This document shows, in pieces, positions 18,268 through 27,303 of a DNA stretch of 57,985 nt. Below the pieces are notes generated by a model. That model worked only from the letters and a program-made list of their open reading frames with translations. It was not told the origin of the DNA and did not search any database. The stretch is from a virus. Lineage: Duplodnaviria; Caudoviricetes. Positions within the stretch are counted from its first letter, which is position 1. Each line of letters opens with the position of its first letter. The translations under genes and the position numbers were made by a program. Location: positions 1 to 57,985 of IMG/VR virus record IMGVR_UViG_3300012943_000006. One strand, written 5' to 3'.

Positions 18268-18593
18268 GGTTCCATTCCTCTTTCTCTCAGATGGGCGGCC
18301 CCGACTGTCGCGGGGTCTCTGTTGTCACGTCGATCTTTGCTCGACGTCTCGATCGGTGCTACGTTGCCGATGTGTGCGTGAGCGCCGCAGGTGCAGGCCG
18401 TCGTCGCCGCAAGTTCGAGCCTACGCTCTTGCTCGAGACTGGTGCGGACCGACCGGCGAAGCTCCACCCGGACACGGCAGTCCTCGTGGTGACGGGTCAT
18501 CAGCTGGCTGATCCCCCAGGAAACGTTGTCCACGCGGACAAGGTTCCCCTCCGGGTCCAGACCCCAGTTCCACCTCTCGTACAGAACAGACAG
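18216..18593 (-). CDS. hypothetical protein, probable CTG start
   Basis: AGGAGG 6 nt before an in-frame CTG; H..C...CxCG. Confidence 0.4.
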   Translation of the reverse strand: MSVLYERWNWGLDPEGNLVRVDNVSWGISQLMTRHHEDCRVRVELRRSVRTSLEQERRLELAATTACTCGAHAHIGNVAPIETSSKDRRDNRDPATVGAAHLRERGMEPWQNNGRSSILDPDPES

Positions 18594-18637
18594 AGCGCAC
18601 CTCCTGATCGATGGGCCTGGGATCGAAGCAGCTGCGT

Positions 18638-18704
18638 CGGACGGAGTCAAGCCCGGTCGCCACGGGCGGGTAACCTCCCTCCGTCCGTCCCTGTGTGATA
18701 TAAT
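18638..18704. promoter_or_regulatory. divergent promoter region with inverted 9-bp boxes
   Basis: Plus strand TG-A-TATAAT (18696-18704); minus strand TTGACT (18650-18645); CGGACGGAG (18638-46) and CTCCGTCCG (18679-87) are inverted copies. Confidence 0.65.
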
Positions 18705-18733
18705 GTGGGGGTACCCAACCGAAGGGAGTCCTC

Positions 18734-19036
18734 ATGGACGCCAGCACCACGCAGCAGCAGCCGACCGTCATCCTCGTCTTCGGCCTCGGCACCACCAGCC
18801 AGTCCGCCGTCGCGTTCGACGTGTACGACGAGCTGCTCGAGACCGTCACCTTCGACGAGTCGGGCATGCCCCAATGGCAGGACGAGTGCGTCGTGGTCGC
18901 GGACGAGCGCGGGGTCGGCGGAGCGCCCGGGTTCGGCTACCTGCGCGACGCGATGGAGGCCGCTGAGTCCAACGCCGCCCTCATGGGCGAAGTCGTCCGC
19001 GTCGACCCGTTCCAGTGGGGACGCGAGGCCGCGTGA
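18734..19036 (+). CDS. hypothetical protein
   Basis: RBS GAAGGGAG; first gene after the TATAAT promoter. Confidence 0.7.
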   Translation: MDASTTQQQPTVILVFGLGTTSQSAVAFDVYDELLETVTFDESGMPQWQDECVVVADERGVGGAPGFGYLRDAMEAAESNAALMGEVVRVDPFQWGREAA

Positions 19037-19179
19037 CCGGCTGGATCCTCTGCAAGTTCCGCGACCGGTGCGCCCTCTGCGGGCGCACCGCCAACCACGT
19101 CTGGCGGCACTTCATCAGCCAGACCACCTCTAACATGAGCGTCTGCGCCGACTGCGCCGACGACCTGGAGGCACAATGA
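19033..19179 (+). CDS. small Zn-finger protein (48 aa)
   Basis: CALC...CADC; GTGA/ATGA coupling at both ends. Confidence 0.6.
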   Translation: MTGWILCKFRDRCALCGRTANHVWRHFISQTTSNMSVCADCADDLEAQ

Positions 19180-20780
19180 CCCCGCGTCCGATCACCGCGA
19201 AGTTCCCGGGCACCTGCGCTGACTGCGGCGAGCCGATCGCCGCAGGCCAGCGCATCCTGTGGGCCAAAGGCGAGCCGTCCAGGCACGAAACCTGCGGCAC
19301 GAAGGCCGAGCCGGTGGTCAACCGGCCGAACACCTTCGCCCCTACGCACGAGCAGGTGCGCGCTCTCGAGCTTTTCGCCACCGGCGACAGCCTCGCGATC
19401 GAGGCCGGAGCCGGGACGGGCAAGACCTCGACGCTGATCCTCCTGGCGGAGTCGACCGACCGACGCGGCCAGTACATCGCGTTCAACAAGGCGATCGTTG
19501 CCGAGGCTGGCACCAAGATGCCCGGCAACGTCACCTGCTCCACCGCGCACTCGCTCGCGTACAAGGCGGTCGGCGCGCAGTACAGCGCCAGGCTGCGAGG
19601 CTCTCGGCGGATGCGCTCGATCGACATCGCGCATCGGCTGGACGTCCGGCCGATCAAGATCACCGTCGACGACCACGGCAAGATCCTCGGTGCCGGGTTC
19701 CTCGGCGGGCTGGTCATGGCAGCGATCACGAAGTTCTGCCAGACCGCCGACGAGGAGCCGACCCGCCGCCACGTCCCGTACATCGAGGGGATCGACCCGA
19801 TGCGCGACGGCGTTCGCAGCTACGACAACAACAACCGGGTCGCGAAGGCGCTCGAGCCTGCGCTGGTCAAGGCGTGGGCCGACCTGACCAACCTGGAGGG
19901 GGACCTCCCGTTCAAGCACGACCACTACCTGAAGCTCTGGCAGCTGAGCGGCCCGAAGATCGCCGCCGACTTCATCCTGTTCGACGAAGCGCAGGACGCG
20001 AACCCGGTGATGGTCGCGATCGTCGCCGCGCAGACCCACGCGCAGCTGGTGTGGGTCGGTGACTCGCAGCAGCAGATCTACACGTTCACCGGCGCGGTCA
20101 ACGCCCTGGCGAACGTCCCTGCCGACAGCAAGGCGTTCCTCACCCAGAGCTTCCGGTTCGGGCAGGCGATCGCGGACGAGGCCAACACCATCCTGGAGAT
20201 GCTCCAGGCGGAGCTTCGCGTGGTAGGCACCCAGTCGATCCGGTCGACGGTCGGGCCGGTCGGTCAGCCGGACGCGATCCTGACCCGCACCAACGCCGCC
20301 GCCGTCCGCGCCGTCCTGACCTTTCAGGCGACCGGGCAGCGCCCGCACTTGGTCGGTGGTGGGGACGAGGTGCTCAGGTTCGCGAAGGCCGCCCAGGAAC
20401 TCATGACGGACGGCCACACCGACTACCCCGACCTCGCTTGCTTCGAGTCGTGGGGCGAGGTTCAGCAGTACGTAGAAGAGGACGAGCAGGGCGGCGAGCT
20501 TCGGCTCCTCGTGAAGCTCGTCACCGACTTCACCGTCCCGGCGATCGTCGCCGCTCTTGGCAACATGCCGAGCGAGCGCGAGGCCGACGTGGTGATCTCC
20601 ACCGCCCACAAGGCGAAGGGCCGCGAGTGGGGAGCGGTCCAGCTGGCAGGGGACTTCCCGCCCGGCACATCTTCCCCCGACGAGCTTCGTCTGCTATACG
20701 TTGCCATGACAAGGGCGAAGCGCGACCTGGACATCGAGCAGATCGAACTGGCCGCAGAGGCCGAGGAGGAGCAGTCATGA
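19176..20780 (+). CDS. UvrD/Rep-like SF1 helicase with N-terminal Zn-ribbon
   Basis: AGAGTGKT, AFNK, TAHS, FDEAQD, VGD.QQQIY.F.GA, LTQSFRF, STAHKAKGREW, LLYVAMTRAK. Confidence 0.93.
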   Translation: MTPRPITAKFPGTCADCGEPIAAGQRILWAKGEPSRHETCGTKAEPVVNRPNTFAPTHEQVRALELFATGDSLAIEAGAGTGKTSTLILLAESTDRRGQYIAFNKAIVAEAGTKMPGNVTCSTAHSLAYKAVGAQYSARLRGSRRMRSIDIAHRLDVRPIKITVDDHGKILGAGFLGGLVMAAITKFCQTADEEPTRRHVPYIEGIDPMRDGVRSYDNNNRVAKALEPALVKAWADLTNLEGDLPFKHDHYLKLWQLSGPKIAADFILFDEAQDANPVMVAIVAAQTHAQLVWVGDSQQQIYTFTGAVNALANVPADSKAFLTQSFRFGQAIADEANTILEMLQAELRVVGTQSIRSTVGPVGQPDAILTRTNAAAVRAVLTFQATGQRPHLVGGGDEVLRFAKAAQELMTDGHTDYPDLACFESWGEVQQYVEEDEQGGELRLLVKLVTDFTVPAIVAALGNMPSEREADVVISTAHKAKGREWGAVQLAGDFPPGTSSPDELRLLYVAMTRAKRDLDIEQIELAAEAEEEQS

Positions 20781-20986
20781 CAGAGTTCGAGAAGGGCGAC
20801 CCTGTGGTCGTCATCGACCTGCGCACCGGCCTGCGACACAAAGGGCGGGTGGACGGAGTCCTGGCCGACCGCCTTCAGGTCGAGTACGACGACGGCACCA
20901 TAGTCAAGGTCGGCGCGGCGTTCGTCCGCCACGACGACTCCCGCGAGCCGACTGACACCGAGATCTACGGAGCAGGGAGCGAATGA
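20777..20986 (+). CDS. small SH3/Tudor-like protein
   Basis: FEKGDPVVV...GRV...VEYDDG; coupled; RBS GAGGAG. Confidence 0.6.
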   Translation: MTEFEKGDPVVVIDLRTGLRHKGRVDGVLADRLQVEYDDGTIVKVGAAFVRHDDSREPTDTEIYGAGSE

Positions 20987-21297
20987 TGAGCGGGCTGATC
21001 GAGCGGGTGAACGTCCAGGTCTGCGGGCCGAACCTGAAAAACGAGAGCAAAGGCTCGTTCCACGTCCACGCCGAAGGCTGCCGCGACCTGCGGCAGTACG
21101 GCCCCGGCCGCAAACGCGGCGGCCATGAGAACGGAGAGGAAACGTACGTCTGGGCGGTCGACTCGAAGCTCGACGTCGTCGCTGAGATCTACAGCAACAT
21201 CCTGGACGAGAACGAGCACTCGCGGCCAGAGGAGTTCCTCAGTGACTTCTGGTTCGCCCCCTGCGTCGACCTGGAGTTGGGCGTCAGCCCAGAGTGA
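20983..21297 (+). CDS. hypothetical protein
   Basis: FHVHAEGCRDL...FAPCV; coupled. Confidence 0.7.
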   Translation: MMSGLIERVNVQVCGPNLKNESKGSFHVHAEGCRDLRQYGPGRKRGGHENGEETYVWAVDSKLDVVAEIYSNILDENEHSRPEEFLSDFWFAPCVDLELGVSPE

Positions 21298-21400
21298 TCA
21301 TGAGATTCGCACTCGCCGCCACGTTCGTTGTCCTAGGGTTCCTGGTGATAGCGATAATCGCTCACCAGGTAGCCCAGACCTTCAACCAGATCGGAGTGTC

Positions 21401-21571
21401 ATGATCGCTGCAATCCTCTGGCTCGCGTTCATCTTCGGGGTCGCCGCTGCGATCGCGGGGCTGGACGAGCTTATCGACCGGCGGTTCCAGCGCCGCCAGC
21501 GCGACATCCGCCGCGCCGAGCTTCGAGAGCGCACGTGGGCAAACCTTCACGGCAGCCGCCGCGTGTGGTAA
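21401..21571 (+). CDS. small membrane protein
   Basis: RBS GGAG; N-terminal TM helix followed by a basic tail. Confidence 0.55.
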   Translation: MIAAILWLAFIFGVAAAIAGLDELIDRRFQRRQRDIRRAELRERTWANLHGSRRVW

Positions 21572-21582
21572 ACTGAGGTCTA

Positions 21583-22314
21583 ATGATGAATGTGGAAAGG
21601 GAGCAGATGGAGCAGAACACCGAACGCACGATCCACCGGGGCGCGCTGTTCCTCGTGGACATGCACGTCCGCAACCTCTACGAGGAGGTTTTCAACGCGG
21701 ACAACCGTCTGGTGGGCCACAAGTGCAAGGTTTGCGACGAGCAGGTCCTCGGTGCCGACTGGGAGTCGCACCGCGAGCTTCACATCCAAGACAGGTCACA
21801 CTACGCCACGGAGCAGATCCGGGCAAGGAGGAACGACATGGCCAGCAAGACCCCCAAGGTCACTCCGCTTTCGCAGGGCGTCCCGGCAGAGTACCTCAAC
21901 GAGGACGGCACCAAGTTCCTCCCCGGGTACGACGCGAAGTACAAGAGCGACGCGATCAAGACCATCCTCGCGGAGGAGCACGGCAAGACCGACATCGACC
22001 TCGCCACCCGGCTGGTCCAACTCGACCTGCAGGCCGCCAAGGAAGTGCTCTCGGCGCGCGGCTGGAACGGGAACGTGATCACCGCTCTGAAGGCGAGCGA
22101 AGCCCGCGAGGCACGGGCCGCAGCGAAGACCGCGACCAAGAGCGACGACGCCAAGGCCAAGGCCAAGGCGAAGCGCGAGGCCGCGAAGGCCAAGGTCCAG
22201 GAGGCCGCCGCCAAGCTCGTCGCGGACGTCGACGCGGAGCACACGGCGGAGGTCACGCCCGACCCGAAGCCCGAGCGCAAGCCCCGCAAGACCCGGACGC
22301 TCAGGTCAGCCTAG
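21583..22314 (+). CDS. basic Lys/Ala-rich putative DNA-binding protein; internal start at 21838
   Basis: TGG-TAAACT promoter at 21566-21574; AAGGAGG before ATG 21838; F.PG.DAK.KSD motif; AKAKAKAK tail. Confidence 0.75.
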   Translation: MMNVEREQMEQNTERTIHRGALFLVDMHVRNLYEEVFNADNRLVGHKCKVCDEQVLGADWESHRELHIQDRSHYATEQIRARRNDMASKTPKVTPLSQGVPAEYLNEDGTKFLPGYDAKYKSDAIKTILAEEHGKTDIDLATRLVQLDLQAAKEVLSARGWNGNVITALKASEAREARAAAKTATKSDDAKAKAKAKREAAKAKVQEAAAKLVADVDAEHTAEVTPDPKPERKPRKTRTLRSA

Positions 22315-22331
22315 CGTCACCGGCAGTACGT

Positions 22332-22367
22332 CGCGGCCCCCGGTGGAGCAGATCCCCGGGGGCCGCG
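22332..22367. terminator. hairpin between convergent transcription units
   Basis: CGCGGCCCCCGG...CCGGGGGCCGCG 12-bp inverted repeat. Confidence 0.75.
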
Positions 22368-22414
22368 CTGTTGCTCGAGCCTGGCCGGGGGGGTGGCCTA
22401 GGCGAGCAACCCTT

Positions 22415-22705
22415 TTAGCCACCGCCCTTCGAGGTGGCTGACTCGATCTCCGGCGCAACCCGCGTCGGCTTCCACAGCCCCTTGAACGTCGCGATCGTCG
22501 CGACCAGGGTCACCAGTGAAGCCTCGACCCAGCGACGCCCGGTCAGGTCGCCCTGGAAATACGCGGTGCCAGCACCGGCAACGAGGCAGACGATGAACGT
22601 GACGATCGCCCGCACCGGCTCCGTCCAGCTTGGCTGCTGGACAATGGCGATCGCCGGGGGGAGCAGGAACCCCACGATCAACGCCCACATTTCGAGATTG
22701 CTCAC
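22415..22705 (-). CDS. holin (putative)
   Basis: 96 aa with ~3 TM segments, at the end of the lysis cassette. Confidence 0.7.
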   Translation of the reverse strand: MSNLEMWALIVGFLLPPAIAIVQQPSWTEPVRAIVTFIVCLVAGAGTAYFQGDLTGRRWVEASLVTLVATIATFKGLWKPTRVAPEIESATSKGGG

Positions 22706-22715
22706 ACCGACCTCC

Positions 22716-23153
22716 CTAGCTCGTGATGGTCAACAGCAACACCTGCTTGCGGATCCCGATCGCAGTGAACAGCATCACCCCCCCGCCACCTCGGTAGGCA
22801 CCGGTGCCGCCGGTCACAGCGAACTCGCCCTCGAACACTGTGGGCGACGAGCCAGAGACCGTGATCTTCCCTCGCGGCATCTGGATCTCACCGGTGCAGA
22901 ACCTCGCTCTGGCGACGATCCACCGGCACTGCAGGAGCATCCGGCCGATCGTGTTCCCGTGCGAGTCGGTGAGCCGCCACGTCTGTTCGGTCGCGTTCGA
23001 CTGCCTCCCTGGTGGACCCGACTCGCGCGAGCTTGCGTGAGACAGGGTCGCCGTGACGTTGATGCGGCCTGTGCTCGAAGGGCCACCGTAGGCCAGCACA
23101 GCAGCCACGGTCGCAGCCAACGCGCAACTACCGATCACCAGGGCCAGCCTCAT
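22716..23153 (-). CDS. secreted allene-oxide-cyclase/dirigent-like beta-barrel protein
   Basis: Signal peptide; C..C pair; FAVTGGTGAYRGGGG motif. Confidence 0.7.
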   Translation of the reverse strand: MRLALVIGSCALAATVAAVLAYGGPSSTGRINVTATLSHASSRESGPPGRQSNATEQTWRLTDSHGNTIGRMLLQCRWIVARARFCTGEIQMPRGKITVSGSSPTVFEGEFAVTGGTGAYRGGGGVMLFTAIGIRKQVLLLTITS

Positions 23154-23617
23154 GGTTTTGCCTCCTCCGGGAGTTCGCCCGCTGGCGGGATGCACACCAT
23201 GTCGCCCTGCTCAGGCTCGAGCGCGTCGATCGCTTCCTGGACAGCCGGGGGGCGTCTGTCTTTTGGGATGGTCCTGAGGATAGACACGATCACCGCGTCC
23301 TGTTTCTCGTTCGAGACGCACGTGTCGAACTGTTGCCAATCCTGCACACGGTTGAAGTGTACAGTGAGAGCTACGGTCGAGCGGTTCGCCTCCCGGCGGA
23401 TAGCTCCCTCGCGCTGGATCGCCGAGACACTGTCATGGATGCGGTTGTTCGTCTGCTCACGGTTGACGAAAAAGATCGCCCCCAGCGGGAGAACCACGAT
23501 TGTCGAGATCGCGACAGCACGGATCACCAGCCTCTGTAACGGAGTAGGCTCGAGCGTCGGCGGCCCGTCCCCCCGATACTGCCACACTCCCTCGCTATCC
23601 TTCACCCAGCCGGTCAC
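23150..23617 (-). CDS. membrane protein
   Basis: Single TM, helical C-terminus with two Cys; GTGA coupling. Confidence 0.6.
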   Translation of the reverse strand: MTGWVKDSEGVWQYRGDGPPTLEPTPLQRLVIRAVAISTIVVLPLGAIFFVNREQTNNRIHDSVSAIQREGAIRREANRSTVALTVHFNRVQDWQQFDTCVSNEKQDAVIVSILRTIPKDRRPPAVQEAIDALEPEQGDMVCIPPAGELPEEAKP

Positions 23618-23690
23618 GACAGGATCCACAGAGCAGCCAGCAGCAGAGGCAGCACCGTTAGCAGGTCGGTTGCCAGGCATAGCAACAAGA

Positions 23691-23909
23691 TTACGGCTTC
23701 CCGTTTGTTTCCCATCGTCCGACCAGGTAGCGGAGAAGCGTCGACGAGGAGACTCTGCCCGCGAAGACTAGCACCAGGAACACCCCGTAGATCGGGTAGC
23801 TGTCCCGGATGGCCATCGCAGCGACCAGCCCGAGACCAGCCGCCGCGAACACCGCATCCACTACCTGCGTGTACCACGGCCACATCCGCTGGTGTTGTCT
23901 CTCGGTCAT
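23691..23909 (-). CDS. small 2-TM membrane protein (holin-like)
   Basis: Two hydrophobic segments; in the lysis cassette. Confidence 0.55.
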   Translation of the reverse strand: MTERQHQRMWPWYTQVVDAVFAAAGLGLVAAMAIRDSYPIYGVFLVLVFAGRVSSSTLLRYLVGRWETNGKP

Positions 23910-24070
23910 TCTTCATCCGTCACGCTCTTGTCGACCTGCCGATCCGACGGCTCCACCACCAGGTAGCCCGCACGTATAAGCTTGGCGATGTGCGGATCGC
24001 CCTGGTCCACCACAACCAACTGCCCTGCCTGGACCCCCTGCATCGAGATAGTGGCTCGAGCTTGCACCAT
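23906..24070 (-). CDS. hypothetical protein (54 aa)
   Basis: MVQARATISMQG...LIRAGYL; abuts the upstream stop, ATGA coupling downstream. Confidence 0.55.
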   Translation of the reverse strand: MVQARATISMQGVQAGQLVVVDQGDPHIAKLIRAGYLVVEPSDRQVDKSVTDEE

Positions 24071-24985
24071 CTAGCGCGCCAGCCGGTCGAACGTCTCGAC
24101 GGTAGCCCTGTCCGGTTGCCACAACCGTCGCGGCCCGGTCCAGGTCTTGTAGTCTGGGAACGGGCCGTTCCCGTCTCCGTTGACATCAAAACTCATGGTT
24201 GTACGATTGACCGGCACCGGCGTCGGCGTCACCTTGGACAACATCCCCAGGCCAGCGCCCACCGTGTAGGTCGGAACGGTCGCGCCGTAGACCTGCAGAT
24301 CGATGTCCGCCCCGGGCACCGAGAGCGCCGTCGGGTAGTCGTATTCCCTGGCGAAGTTAGCTGTGTCGCTCGAGAGCACCGACCACCCCAGAGGGCATGG
24401 CGCACCGGCCGCGTCCCAGCCCTTCTTGAACGCGTCTGTCTTCCAGAAATACTGAGCCTCCGCCCACGCCTCCCCGTTTGCCTTCCAGCCCTTCAAACCG
24501 TATTGCTTGCAGAGCGCCGCAGCGTCCCTCCCGTCCTGCTCCGGATCTGACCCCTGGCCATATGTTCCCCACCCCACCAGCGTCCAACCCTGAGCCTTGA
24601 ACACCGACATCTCAGCGGCGTTCGCCTCCGAATAGACCGTGTGCATAAGCTGCACATAGACCGCGCGCCAGCCCAACGCGAAAGCTCGCGCGCGAGGTTC
24701 GCCCGCGAAGTTCGACAGACCACCGTTGGTGAACGCCGCGTCGAGCTTCCACACGTCCGCCAAAGGCGACGGGGGAGGAGGCACCGGTTGCGACGGGTTC
24801 TCCCTACACAGGTCCTGGAAGCCCTGGCCGTATCTCGTGCCACAGGTCGGCCTGCGCACCGACGGAGGGCCGAACTCGAGCGCGATCTTCTTCGCGTCAG
24901 TCACCGAGCCGGGCCGCTTCGCCCAGTCTTTGTACTCGGTCGTCGAGAAGATCTTCGCGAGCGCCGCGCGCCCCTTCTCGCTCAT
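24071..24985 (-). CDS. putative glycoside hydrolase (TIM-barrel) lysin
   Basis: GW..VYVQL, LVGWGTY, GWKANGE, LQVY pattern; next to the M23 peptidase. Confidence 0.55.
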   Translation of the reverse strand: MSEKGRAALAKIFSTTEYKDWAKRPGSVTDAKKIALEFGPPSVRRPTCGTRYGQGFQDLCRENPSQPVPPPPSPLADVWKLDAAFTNGGLSNFAGEPRARAFALGWRAVYVQLMHTVYSEANAAEMSVFKAQGWTLVGWGTYGQGSDPEQDGRDAAALCKQYGLKGWKANGEAWAEAQYFWKTDAFKKGWDAAGAPCPLGWSVLSSDTANFAREYDYPTALSVPGADIDLQVYGATVPTYTVGAGLGMLSKVTPTPVPVNRTTMSFDVNGDGNGPFPDYKTWTGPRRLWQPDRATVETFDRLAR

Positions 24986-25572
24986 GACGCCCTCGGAGCT
25001 TTCGACACCGCTGTGATCCGGACCTTCGCGTCCGCCTCGCTCTTCGGAGAATGGACCGCCACATGCGCATGGTCCGACCGGAACCGCTGATCACCCACGA
25101 ACCCGATCAGATCTCCCGCCTTGACATGCTGGCCCACCCGCAACGTCGGGTAGCGCCTCCCCTGATGGGTGATGTAATAGTCGTAGCCCGCCGGGGTCAA
25201 GATGTACGTCGACCAGCCGTACGCACCGATCTGGTCTGCGTGGTCGTCCGACGGGTCGTTCCCGGAAAACCTGCGGACCAGCCCGGATTCCGGCGCGACG
25301 ATCCCCAGCCCCGCCTTGCAGATGAAGTCGATCGCCCAATATCCGTTCAGGTTCGCCGTCTCGTGCAAACCGCCGACGAGCACATGGACGCCCGGGCCAG
25401 CGATCGGGAACACCTTCGCCGGGGCCGGAGCGGGCTTCAGGCTGGCTTCCACCTGGTCGATCAGAGCCATCGCCGGTTTCCAATACTGGCCAGACGGCGT
25501 GTAGCCGCGCGTTGTCTGCTTCAACAACTTCTCGGCCTCGACGAGCTTCGCGAGTCTCTGCTTGTCTGTCAT
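24982..25572 (-). CDS. M23 peptidase endolysin
   Basis: H...AIDF, APESG.V, YITH, VGQHVKAGDLIGFVG, HAH. Confidence 0.85.
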   Translation of the reverse strand: MTDKQRLAKLVEAEKLLKQTTRGYTPSGQYWKPAMALIDQVEASLKPAPAPAKVFPIAGPGVHVLVGGLHETANLNGYWAIDFICKAGLGIVAPESGLVRRFSGNDPSDDHADQIGAYGWSTYILTPAGYDYYITHQGRRYPTLRVGQHVKAGDLIGFVGDQRFRSDHAHVAVHSPKSEADAKVRITAVSKAPRAS

Positions 25573-25573
25573 C

Positions 25574-26821
25574 TCAACTCCTGTAGTCTATCTGCCAGCG
25601 GTACAGGCTGGGGATCCAGCCCCCCGTCGGATGCCCGAACGCATGCCAGATCCACAGCCCGGGAGCGGCCGAATCCTCCTCGGTCGTGACCTCGAACCCG
25701 TCGTCGGTCAGGACCATCGACCCGTCGTGCACAGTGCTGTTGTGAACACAATCGACGGCACCTCTTTGGAAGCTCTGGAACGACCCCTTGTCGGGCTGGT
25801 ATCCCGGTGCTCCTACGTCGACGAGCGCGGCCCACTGGAAGTCTTCGGTGACCACAGAGAACCCGATGGCTCCACGAGCGCCAGTGTTCTGCCCGGCAGG
25901 CTCGTTGCTGAGCGAGTATCCCAGCACCAACCCCGGCGGGAACGGCAGCCCCGCCACAGTGGCCACCCCGCCGGAACTGGTCGCCAGAGTCAGGAACCCC
26001 GTGGTGCTGTCCTCGTCGTCCCACACCATGGCCATCCCGCCGTTGGTCCCGTCTCCGGTGAACAGGAAATCGAACTGGTTCACCCCGTTCGGGAACGCCG
26101 TAATGTTGCTCGTGATCAGGAACGGACCGAGGAAGCTCCCCCCCTGGCAGATCTCGACATGGGGGCCGAACTCGTCCGCGTTGATGTTGTACTGACCGCC
26201 GAACGCGGACGGGAACGTGAAACACGTAAGACCCGCGCTGGCCCAGGCTAGCGTTGATGCCCCCCGGTAGGCACCGCCGCCGTACCATTCCTGCACACGG
26301 TCACTGCCGCTCGCGACCGGCCCTGCCCATGCCCCGTGAATCAAAGCCGCCCCGGCCTTGAACCCTATCGTCGGGTTCACCGAAGACAGGCCGACGATAC
26401 CGACACAGTTCTCGACGTCGATCAACACGACATAGATCACTTTGTACCCGCCCGCCACCCCGACATCGAAGTTGACAGTGAACCCGTCCGAGTTGAAGCT
26501 CGTGACCGCCGCCCGATAGAGTACCGTGGCCGACCCCGCCCGCGTCATGTTCAAGATCGCGTAGTTATCGATCATATGCTGGTCGCCCGCCTGTGCGGCA
26601 GCGGCAGCGTTCTGCAGGAGCGCGGCCGGATTGGAGTAGTTCGGCGCGCACATCCCCCGGAACAAAGCCGACCCGAACCCGGTGTCCACCGCATCCTCGA
26701 GCAGCCAGTTCGCTCCGAAGAAAATAATCCCTCGCGGCTGTGCCCCGATCGTAACGGTGACCGGCCCGGGTGACGACGGGACCGTGATCGTCCCGGCCTT
26801 CCAAGTGGCCAGGTTGGCCAT
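25574..26821 (-). CDS. tail fibre / receptor-binding structural protein
   Basis: Beta-rich, Gly/Thr-rich with internal duplication (GAQPRGIIF / PFPPGLVL; DGFTV / DGFEV); distal tail module. Confidence 0.6.
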   Translation of the reverse strand: MANLATWKAGTITVPSSPGPVTVTIGAQPRGIIFFGANWLLEDAVDTGFGSALFRGMCAPNYSNPAALLQNAAAAAQAGDQHMIDNYAILNMTRAGSATVLYRAAVTSFNSDGFTVNFDVGVAGGYKVIYVVLIDVENCVGIVGLSSVNPTIGFKAGAALIHGAWAGPVASGSDRVQEWYGGGAYRGASTLAWASAGLTCFTFPSAFGGQYNINADEFGPHVEICQGGSFLGPFLITSNITAFPNGVNQFDFLFTGDGTNGGMAMVWDDEDSTTGFLTLATSSGGVATVAGLPFPPGLVLGYSLSNEPAGQNTGARGAIGFSVVTEDFQWAALVDVGAPGYQPDKGSFQSFQRGAVDCVHNSTVHDGSMVLTDDGFEVTTEEDSAAPGLWIWHAFGHPTGGWIPSLYRWQIDYRS

Positions 26822-27303
26822 CAGCCGACCGCCGTGAAACCGCCGAATGTCACGATGACCCCCAAGCCTTTCGCATCCCCGCCCCCAGCTGCGTCCACAT
26901 CCAGAACGATAATATCGCAACCGGACACCTGGCCGTTGTCCGGGTCGACATCGACCGAAACCGCGCAATCGTCACCGGCAGGGATGGTTACCGCTGCGTT
27001 CAACATGTCCACCCCGGCGGTTTGATTCCTGACCATCACCTCGGTGTCTCCCGACCCAGCCACCCCCAGGAACGCCTGTACCGACAACAACGTCGCCCCA
27101 TCCAGGCGCTCGTCGATGCTGAACTTGAACCGGTTGTTGCCGGTCCTGACGATCGACACCGTGTCAGGCCACGCCTCGTCCGCGAACAGCTTGCACTCGT
27201 ACACCCCCCGTGGCGGGACCGCCTCGAGCCTGCGTACCCTGGTCAACAGGTCGAACAAGACCTTTCGCAGGGACTGACGTCCTGGGATATCTATTGTGCT
27301 CAT
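26821..27303 (-). CDS. minor tail protein
   Basis: RVRRLE coiled segment then beta domain ending GDAKGLGV. Confidence 0.6.
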   Translation of the reverse strand: MSTIDIPGRQSLRKVLFDLLTRVRRLEAVPPRGVYECKLFADEAWPDTVSIVRTGNNRFKFSIDERLDGATLLSVQAFLGVAGSGDTEVMVRNQTAGVDMLNAAVTIPAGDDCAVSVDVDPDNGQVSGCDIIVLDVDAAGGGDAKGLGVIVTFGGFTAVG

